Assembly (NCBI RefSeq): GCF_048593235.1
Contig: NC_133622.1
Location: 251,104,055 to 251,168,054 of the forward strand
Direction: 5' to 3'
From: Sminthopsis crassicaudata
Lineage: Eukaryota
DNA length: 64,000 nt
Shown: piece by piece, positions 1 to 8,700 of the stretch
Layout: each line of letters starts with the position of its first letter
Numbering within the stretch: the stretch's first letter is position 1
Notes under the pieces: generated by a model
Told to the model about the DNA's origin: nothing
What the model saw: the letters and a program-made list of their open reading frames with translations, nothing else
Databases searched by the model: none
Translations under genes and position numbers: made by a program

Positions 1-280
1 ACTATCCTGGTCTAAACAAATTATCTGTTGTTTCTTTCAAGAAATCTTTAATTGTTTTGGTAGATCCATGAGAGATGTACTGGATAAGAATCTCCAAGGT
101 GATGTTTGCTTTACCAATTCAAATGCCTTTTTAAAAGCAACATAAAAACACAACGGGATCTTATATTCTGGACAATTTTCAATCAATTCGCCATCTATAA
201 AGATATGGTCTATTATAGGCTATCACCTGCAAATGTCTGCTTAGTCCTCTACTAAAATGGACTTTAAAAGATGTAGGGAG
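1..280 (-). mobile_element. Degraded RTE-clade LINE fragment (reverse transcriptase region)
   Basis: Minus-strand conceptual translation ...DHIFIDGELIENCPEYKIPLCFYVAFKKAFELVKQ resembles the RTE RT motif (CREYKIPLCLLFVDYKKAFDSV) and contains stops. It runs off the window start. Confidence 0.65.
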
Positions 281-3200
281 ACCGTGTGATGGGCTGAGCA
301 GAGAGGGAGAAAGCTAAATGATATAAGCTGAGTGCTGACCCGATCTCCACCTATAAGAAGGTCCCCATTACTTTGGGTGGCTTTTTGGTGGCAGATTCAT
401 TAAAGACAAATAAGAATCACCCTGTTTGAGAAGGCTTGATGATCTGGGAGCCTTGCCCCGAGAGAGGTGTCATACATCAGTGAGATCACATGTTCATTGA
501 ATACTTGATTTTTTTTTTTCCGAGATGGCTTTCGATGGGAAGGTAGAAATATGGCGACAAATACTTCTAGTGATTTAGACCTCTTCTGTCGATGAGATCA
601 TCTGCCAAGAAAATCATTGACAGCAACAGCTGGGAACTTGAGGATAGTGGAGAGTTTAGCATACTCTAGGAGGAAATCGACAAGGGAGGACTAAAAAGAA
701 GGGGCAGAACATGGAAAGTTCATGAGAAGTAATAAATTCTGAAGGTCTGTCCTGATAACCCAAAGTGGGAAAATGAACAAAGACCCTTTCTGGCTGTCCT
801 GAGTGGGGGGAAAAGGCAAAAGGGCAGCATCTCAGAGGGAGCTGAATAGAAATCTTCAAGAGCATGCTTTCTGGCGATTTGCTCTGCACGAGCAGCTCCC
901 TCTTTCCAGGCATCCGAAGCACACTGGGTTTTTGACTGGCTATAGGCACAGGGCTCAGGGTAGAAGCAGAAGCAGTTCTCTTGTCTGGCCTGGATATATA
1001 ATAGGCCCCCAGGGAAGGGATGCAGTCTCTCTGCACCTCCTTGCAGAGAGATGCTGGGTCTAAGATGAAGGATGCGGTAGACATTTTTGGACATAAGACA
1101 ACATGGGAATGGTTTTCTGGACTATGGGTATTAACAATAAGGGTTTGGTTTTTCTTTTTAATTGGGAGTGGGAAGAAGTTAAATTAATTAAATGGATCTC
1201 AAATGAAGGAGAGTGACTATGAGGAATACTTTGGTTCTAAATCTCTGAGTTTCCTTTGACCCTGAGCCTTTTACAGATTGAAGTTGAAAAGGCGCAAATT
1301 CCCAAAAGATTTTGTTGGACGCAAAGGTTCACTGTCTGGAATTACATTTGTCAATTTCTTGCCATTTCTGAAATTCTTCCCCACACAGTTCTGAAAATGA
1401 CTTTCTGCTGAGATGCTAAGCAGAGAAAAGTATGGTGGGTAAAAATAGATGGGTTGGGGGGCTTGTTTTAACCTGGTCTCAGCACACAGACTGAAAGCCA
1501 AGCCTGTTCTAGTGCTCCCAGTGGGGGGCAGGAGCATTGTGGCTCAGAGTGTGTGGGGCCAGCCTGTGGTCCTCCAAAGGGAAGAGGGGGGCCCTCAGCC
1601 AAGCCTCCAGCTCAGGCTTTGCATCTGTCCGGTAATGGCGGAGTTTCAGGCTTCACAGTGTTCTCTAGTTGCCATCACCCCTCCTCCAGCAGGGGCCCGA
1701 ACTTGGTAGGGTTTTGTCCACTTCAGAATTCTCACCCCCCTGAGGGGGAGGGAGGAGAAAGCATGGTGGGCTCTTTCACGCCTCAATTAACATTTGCCTC
1801 TCCCACCTGAAAAAAAGCCAAGACTGGTAAGAGGTGGGGCAAAAAGCATTTCTTGCCTTGACAGAATTCACCCTCAACCAAAATTCAACCGCATATCGCT
1901 TGCCTTTCTTTCAATCAAAATAACTGAGGATGTGAACACATTTCCCCAAAATCATAAGATCAGGCAATGTCAGGCAATGAAACCTAATAAAACCAAATTA
2001 GAAAGAGACAAGGAGCCATGAGGTGTCTGATCTGAGACATCTCTAGGAATACAGGGCATATTGCTAGGATTTCTTCCCAAAGCCATCCAGCGCAGGAGGA
2101 CCCTCGCTGCATCTCAGGAGCCTGTGCAAGAGAGGGCAGACCGCCTGTCCTAAGCCGCCATCAAGAAGTCTTGCACACCGCCCTCCCGCAAGGCCCGTTT
2201 CATATTTGTGGCCTCCGAAGCCATGGAACTTCGTGGGACAGGTGTTCTTGCCCCCCCCATACAGGTCACAGCTTTTTGCTTTTTGGATCACTGGTCACAC
2301 TAACCAAGAACACCAGGACCTAGGTATTCAGCTCCAGAATTCCAGAATGTCAGAGAAGGGAGACTCTTTGGGGTCATGTGCTCCGAGCTTCTCATTCAGC
2401 AGAGAAAGAAACTGAAGCTTAGAGGAAGAAAAGTGACGTCTCCAAAGTCAAACAACTAACGAGGGACAAAGCAAGGTCCCGAATCCAAGTCTGGCAACTC
2501 CAGGTCAGCTTTTTCTTCTAAGTTCTAGGAAACTGTCTTGTACCAGTGGCTAGACTCCGCTGACGCTTAATTAGCTTAATTAATGTGATGATGAATGTGA
2601 GGTAAATCTTAATGTTTAACCAAAATCAGCTAGAATTTAAAGGCCAATGGATGAAATAATAAAGATAATTTTATATCATTGAGTATTACAGATTTAGAGC
2701 TGGAAGGAACTTTTAGGGGCCATGAAGTCCAAAGACCTCATTTAACAGAGGAGGACACTGAGGCCAGAGTGGGGCTGTGCTCTGCCTGAGTTCATAGAGA
2801 TACAAGGTAAGAGAGGGAAGATTTGAACTCAGGTCTTCTGAATCCAAAGCCAGGGTTTTCCCACTATGCCATAACTCTTGTCTAGTCCATCTGGAAACAA
2901 CCCGGGGCTGCCTAAGATCCTCCCAAAAGGGCAGGAAGCCACTGACACCAAACAGCCCGGCCTTCACCATGACTGTGCTCCTTTCCTATTTGGCCTGCTG
3001 TCTTTTACTGTGCTCCCTTTCCCAAGTAACCTTGTAATTGTAACCTTTTGTATTTTACTTCTTTATTTTTACACAGCAATTGGCTTAAGTGATTTGTACG
3101 GGGTCACGCTTGAACTCAGGTCTTCCTACTCCAGGGCCAGTGCTCTCTCTGTTTTACCCCAGAGTGCCTCTCTGTGCACTTGAAGAACTGCCCAAGGGGC

Positions 3201-4896
3201 CAGGACATGGCTGATTAAATCGGCGTCACTAGGACATAGAGATGGCACAAGCTTGACAAGTCCTGGGCTCTTGGAGCAGAACAATGAGGACTTGGAATCC
3301 AATTCCTTCATTTCAGAGAAGAGGAAACGGAGGCCCAGGGCCTGAAAGGTCACACATCATCCCAGAAGCAAAGCCGGGATTTGAACTCCAGACTCCTGAT
3401 TAGAGACTCTCAACTTTCTTTCCAACAGATTCCACTGCAAATGCCATATTCTGAATAATGTATTGGAATATGGAGAGGGCTTTAGAAGGGGCAGATTAAG
3501 TGCTGGCAATTGAGGAAAGTTCTACAAAAGGCAGTTTCCATTCAGACAATCCCAAGGACCAGAATCAAGCTATCCTCATCATTCCCACCCTGGGATAATG
3601 GTTCCAGCAGGGGGCAGCACCAAGGACCAATGTGGCTACTTAGGGGAACATTGGATGCACTTACAGGGCTTTGGCTGGAGGCTCCTTTCCCCTTGTGTGG
3701 CCTTCCTTTGCTGGGGTTACTCTGCCGATCATTGGACAATTGTAGGATGCTGGATTAGGCAGTTGGTAAATCAGAAAAGCAAAGCTTGATACTCCCTGGG
3801 GCCAGGGAATCTCAGAATGCTGGGCTGCCATCCCAGCAAGGCGGTGATCTGTGGAAAGGAGGAAAACAGTGTCTTTGGCATTTGTGTTTTTGAATTCTTG
3901 CTAATTAATGTTCAGTGAGCTTTTTGTCTATCTGGTGAGTGGTTTATGCCCACCTTCCTCTTGCCCCGCAGGACTGGAGAGGCAGCAGGGGACTGGAGTG
4001 CCCAGAAAGATGTGGATGGGGAACAGTAGGCACAAAAGTACGATCCAAAGGGAAGGAGAAAGAAGGCAAAAGGACCAAAAGATTTTGCAAAAGTGTATAT
4101 GGAAAACTATCTTTGCATGTATTTGGACCTATTAAAAAAAAAAAAAAAAAGAAAGAAAGAAGGCGAAAGGGACTAATGGCCAGCTTTGGTTTGATAAGGC
4201 ATGGAAGTATCAGGAGAAATCATCTTTTTATCAGATAAGGTCATGGGAAAATGGACCATTATCATTTTTTGTTGTTGTTGTTGAAAGAAGAGGGACTTAT
4301 TGGAAGAAAGAAGGGTGTTGAAAAGCATAGGTTAGGGAAGGTCTGTTGGGATCCCTGATGGCTCCTGGACCTGGCTAGGGATTTGTCTAAGCAGGCAGGT
4401 GCACTGGCAATGTGGGGGAGAGGAGGAGTCCCAAAGGGTAGCATTAGCTAGGGGAAGGTGGGAGGAGGCAGAGGAAGCTTCCTGATCCTCACCTTGCAGT
4501 TCTTTTATCACTTCATTCTTTCTCCTGAAGCATGCTTAGAGACATACCACCAGGCACTCCAGTCTGCAATCTTCCAGGTTTCTTCATTCTCCATTCTTTG
4601 CTTCTCTAGAATTTTCATCAGAACCTGCCTTCTCCAGGCCTGTTCTCCTTGCCCCTCATGATTCCCTTCGAAAGGCCTGGCAGATGGCATCTCCTTCCTT
4701 CTGTGTGGTCTCACTTTGGGGCACCTGTCAATAGTACTGCAGCCCCACTTTTCTGGGTCCTTTCTAGAGTCCCACATTTCCATCTTCTTCCCTTGCAAAG
4801 CCCCCATCAAGTCCATTCTTTCTAAGTTCCCCCACCCCTAATGGCTCGATGCCTTCCTTCATGCCACTGGTTGCTTCAGCCATAATCTCTCTCCCT

Positions 4897-7356
4897 CTAT
4901 CCCCCTTCAGGCTCCTTCTCCCCCTCTCCTCCTTCAGGCTCCTTCTCCCCCTCTCCTCCTTCAGGCTCCTTCTTCCCCTCTTCCCCTTCAGGCTCCTTCT
5001 CTCCCTCTCCCACTTTCTCCCCACCCTGGGGGACCTCCTTCTTTTCCTCAGCCCCTTGACCAGGCTGCTCCCCTTCCATCATTTCTTGGGCTTTTACAGG
5101 GCTCGTCTTCCTGCTGGCTTCCTCTCCTTCGCTGGCTATGTTGGCTGTGTTATCTGTGGCGTCCTCAAAGTTGGCTTCTGAGAATTGTGTCTCAATCTTT
5201 TTGGGAAGGTTACCTTCCTCAGCAGATACTGATTTCTTCTTTTCGTACTCTTCTGACCCTTCTTCTTTTGGAAGTCCCTCAGTCATTTCCTGGTCTTCGC
5301 TCTTTTGCTTGGCGACCCCTTCAATCACTAGCCATAAGGCCTGGCCATGGTCCAGGGGCTCATCGCCTTCAGGAGTCCTCACACCTAGAGTCTGCTCATC
5401 TTCTGTTGCCAGAAGCTGCTCAAGTTCTGTTCCTGAGGTCAGCTCGCCTTCTGTTCCTGAGGTCACCTGGCCTTCTAGCCCGGAGGTCAGCTCATCTTCT
5501 GCCCCTGGAGTCACCTGGCCTTCTGGGCCAGAGGTCAGCTCCTCTTCTGCTGCTGAGGCCTGCTGGCCTTCTGCCTCTGAGGTCAGTTCACCTTCTGCCG
5601 CTGAGGCCTGCTGGCCTTCTGCCTCTGAGATCAGCTCACCTTCTGGCCCTGAGATCCGCTCGCCTTCTGGCCCTGAGGTTGGACGGCCTTCTGCTTCTGA
5701 GGTCAGATCCTCTGCCTCTGAGGTCGGCTGCTCTTCTGCCTCTGAGGTTTGCGGGCCTTCTGGCCCTGAGGTCTCCTCCCCTTCTGCTCCTGAGATCTCC
5801 TTGCCTTGGGCCTCTAAGATCTCCTCATCTTGGACCTCTAAGATCTCCTCATCTTGGGCCTCTAAGATCTCTTCATCTTGGGCCTCTAAGATCTGCTTGC
5901 CTTCTGTCTCTGAGGTCTCCATTTCTACCCCTGAGGTCTGCTTGCTTTCTGACTCTGAGGTCTCCTCCTGTACCCCTGGAGTCTGCTGGCCTGACCTTGA
6001 AGACCGCCTGCTTTCTGCCCTTGAGGACCGCTTGCTTTCTGGCCCTGAGGACCGCTTGCTTTCTGTCCCTGAGGGCCGCCTACTTTCCACAAGTGAGGGC
6101 CTCCTGCTTTCCACAAGTGAGGGCCTCCTGCTTTCCACAAGCGAGGGCCTCCTGCTTTCCACAAGCGAGGGCCTCCTGCTTTCCACAACCGAGGACCTCC
6201 TGCTTTCCACAACTGAGGGCCTCCTGCTTTCCACAACCGAGGGCCTCCTGCTTTCCATAACCGAGGGCCTCCTGCTTTCCACAACTGAGGGCCGCTTGCT
6301 CTCTGAAACCGAGGGCCGCTTGCTCTCTGAAACCGAGGGCCGCCTGCTTGCTGCCCCCGAGGGCACCTTGCTTTCTACAGTGGAGGTATCCTCACTTTCA
6401 GGGGCGCCTTCTGTTCCCGAGGTCTGTTGGCCTACCCCCGGAGTCAGTTCTTCTGCAGCTGGGGTCTGCTCTCCTTGTACACTCGGGGCCTTGTCGAGTT
6501 CAGTGGCGGGGGTCTTCTCACTTTCTGACCTAGTAGCCTTCCGTGGATGCTCCACTTCTGCCTGGGCAGCTTCAGCCGTGGGAGGATGCTCTATTGGCCC
6601 GGCAGCTCCGGTCTCTGAGGGAAGATGCCCTTCTTCTGGCCAGGCAGCCATCGAAGGATGCTTCTCTTCAGCCATGGAGGGATGGGCTGTGACAGTTTCA
6701 GCCACAGAGGGATGCTTCTCTTCGGCCCTGGCAGCTCCAGCCACAGAGGGATGCTTCTCTTCGGCCCTGGCAGCTCCAGCCACAGAGGGATGCTTCTCTT
6801 CGGCCCTGGCAGCTCCAGCCACAGAGGGATGCTTCTCTTCGGCCCTGGCAGCCTGTGGTGTCTTGATTGGTTGTGGCTGGCCGCCGCTCTCCTCCCCGCT
6901 GAGCTCCCGTCCGGCGGGGCCTTCGGTGGACTCCTTGGAAGCAGGTGAGGGTGGTGGGGGTGGCGGGGCTGCTGGGTGGGCCGGCACCTTCGTTTGGGGC
7001 TTCAAGCTGTGGCCCCGCACCTGCAGCGGCTCCCAGCTGAACCACAGCTTCTCGTGCAGGATCTTCACGCATTTCCGGGACTTGGGACCCCTGCCCGGGG
7101 ATCTGGACTGGGGCTGGGTCGGGGACGGCGAGCGGGAGGGCAGCTTCTTGACCTGCAGGGTGTCCCGGATCCTGTCGGCCTCAGGGATGACGCTGGCCCA
7201 CGGCGGCAGCTTTGGCCGCGTCCGGCCCTGCTGTCGGCTCGCCAAGCGGCGGCCCTTCCCCTGCACCGGGAGGCGGCGGCGGAGGTAGCCACGGGCGCGC
7301 GTCGAGGGCCGCAGGCCCGGCCGTTTGGCTCCCCCGGCCCAGGGCGAGGGCTGCAT
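4897..7356 (-). CDS. Uncharacterised intronless acidic, repeat-rich protein of 819 aa from the ATG at 7356; the frame stays open to 7746
   Basis: The frame is stop-free for 2850 nt and ends in TAG at 4897-4899. All internal repeat periods are multiples of 3 (39, 24, 24 and 27 nt). Composition is E/S/G/A/P-rich after a basic non-repetitive N-terminus. The 5' end lies in a CpG island. Confidence 0.7.
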   Translation of the reverse strand: MQPSPWAGGAKRPGLRPSTRARGYLRRRLPVQGKGRRLASRQQGRTRPKLPPWASVIPEADRIRDTLQVKKLPSRSPSPTQPQSRSPGRGPKSRKCVKILHEKLWFSWEPLQVRGHSLKPQTKVPAHPAAPPPPPPSPASKESTEGPAGRELSGEESGGQPQPIKTPQAARAEEKHPSVAGAARAEEKHPSVAGAARAEEKHPSVAGAARAEEKHPSVAETVTAHPSMAEEKHPSMAAWPEEGHLPSETGAAGPIEHPPTAEAAQAEVEHPRKATRSESEKTPATELDKAPSVQGEQTPAAEELTPGVGQQTSGTEGAPESEDTSTVESKVPSGAASRRPSVSESKRPSVSESKRPSVVESRRPSVMESRRPSVVESRRPSVVESRRSSVVESRRPSLVESRRPSLVESRRPSLVESRRPSLVESRRPSGTESKRSSGPESKRSSRAESRRSSRSGQQTPGVQEETSESESKQTSGVEMETSETEGKQILEAQDEEILEAQDEEILEVQDEEILEAQGKEISGAEGEETSGPEGPQTSEAEEQPTSEAEDLTSEAEGRPTSGPEGERISGPEGELISEAEGQQASAAEGELTSEAEGQQASAAEEELTSGPEGQVTPGAEDELTSGLEGQVTSGTEGELTSGTELEQLLATEDEQTLGVRTPEGDEPLDHGQALWLVIEGVAKQKSEDQEMTEGLPKEEGSEEYEKKKSVSAEEGNLPKKIETQFSEANFEDATDNTANIASEGEEASRKTSPVKAQEMMEGEQPGQGAEEKKEVPQGGEKVGEGEKEPEGEEGKKEPEGGEGEKEPEGGEGEKEPEGG
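4904..5010 (-). repeat. 27-bp coding tandem repeat x4 (GEKEPEGGE)
   Basis: Unit ccttcaggctccttctccccctctcct starts at 4904, 4931, 4958 and 4985. Confidence 0.9.
5998..6348 (-). repeat. 24-bp coding tandem repeat x15 (ES[RK]R[PS]Sxx)
   Basis: The translation SRRPSVSESKRPSVSESKRPSVVESRRPSVME...ESRRSSR contains 11 RRxS and 4 KRxS motifs. Confidence 0.95.
6699..6852 (-). repeat. 39-bp coding tandem repeat x4 (AARAEEKHPSVAG)
   Basis: Near-identical units start at 6699, 6738, 6777 and 6816, with degenerate copies toward 6640. Confidence 0.95.
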
Positions 7357-8700
7357 CCACGGGTCGATGCTCCACCAGCTCTGAGGGGTCAAGCGCTCCT
7401 CTTCGGCCGCCAGCCTCCGGCCCCACACGGCCACGCCCCGCTGCCGGACCGAAGCGCGGCGGCTGTAGCCTTGGTGCCGGCAGCTGGGGCCCGTATCCCA
7501 GCGCCAGGTGCCCGCCTCCCCGCCCCAGGGCCACGGCCACACCCGCACCCAGGCCAGTCGCCCAGGCCTCCAGCCCAGGCACACCCTTATCCTCCACCCC
7601 GTCGTCTGCGCCCGCCCGCCCCGGCATCGGACCCGGCGACGCCCCCTCCCCCGCCCCAGCCCCAGCGCTCCCCCAGTCCCGCCCTCGCCCCGCCCCTGAT
7701 CCGCCCGCGGACCCGCCCCCGGCCTCCCTGCCCTCCGCCAGCCCAAAGGCGTGGGGCTGGAGGGCGGAGGGGCGGCGCAGGCGCAGCAGCTCGAGGCCCG
7801 CTGCGCGCCCCGCCCCTGCGCCGAGGGGAGGGGCTACGCCTGCGCACCAGCTGCTTGCTCTGGGCGCTCCGGGACAAAGGCGAGCGAAGGGGCGGGGCGA
7901 GAGATGGGCCCTGGGGGCCGGGGAGAGCCGGGACTGTTTTGTTATTCGCTGGGCGTCCCCAGAGCCTAGTAGCGTGCATGACCGTTAGCAGGTGCTTTAT
8001 TAAGTACTGTTCAATAATGCTCGTGCAATGATTGACGAGGAGGGGAGGAATGGGGTTGGGGCGCAAGAGAGGAGGGACGGAATGAAGGGGATGGGGACTT
8101 AGCGGAAAAGAGCCTTGAGGCGTGGGAACCGGCCTGCTCGGTGGGAGCTGCCCGACTAGCGCTTCGACTCCAGCCCCTCTCGGCCGTCTCCCCCGCTCTC
8201 TGAGACCCGCATTCTCCCTTAAGAGGCGGTGCCCGCTGCCGGGAAAGACGGACGGACAGGCCAATGAAAGCACGGAGGCCGGGCCCTCCGTCCATTCAGA
8301 GCGCACTAGGGGCGGAGCCTCGCGGTCTACGCCTCTCTCTAAACTACTCTCCCGAGGGCGCGGGTGGAAGACTGGGCCGGCGCGGTCCCTGCAGGCTCCA
8401 TTCATTCTTCATCTGGGCAGGGCGGGGGAGGAGGGCTGCAGGGGTGGCGAGCGTCTCCCAGGGCCGGGGAAGGGGTCGCGGCGGACGGAGCGCCCAGGCG
8501 GCGGGAAGCGAGCCCTCGTCCTCCCTTTCGTAGGAGCAGAAAAGTGGAGGTGCAAGAGGACCTGTGATGGAGGAGAATCCCGACCCTGGGGAGGAGCGCC
8601 AGGTAACGGGAGGGACGGATGGGGAAGAGGGACGGCCGGAGGGAGGGAGGGATGGGGAGAGAGGTTCATGGGGGGAGAGAGGGTGTGGGGCCGCCTCCTG
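6900..8700. promoter_or_regulatory. CpG island and divergent promoter region between the orphan ORF and SNX32
   Basis: Very high GC and CpG density, multiple GGGCGG boxes, and an NRF1-like GCGCAGGCGC near 7780. Confidence 0.7.

Noticed and set aside
1022-1054. 10-13 bp hairpin (tctctctgca-cctcct-tgcagagaga)
   Set aside because: It is too short for a pre-miRNA, and the low-complexity arms make a chance match likely.
2565-2590. TAATTAGCTTAATTAAT homeodomain-like cluster
   Set aside because: It is an AT-rich motif with no supporting context or conservation data.
4508-4816. 102-aa minus-strand ORF ending WWYVSKHASGERMK
   Set aside because: It has no clear ATG start or splice support. A neighbouring frame matches the orphan protein's composition better.
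5138-7288. 716-aa plus-strand ORF and the 357-aa ORF at 5187-6260
   Set aside because: These are antisense shadows of the repeat-rich minus-strand gene. Their S/L-rich translations are the expected complement of E/Q/K codons.
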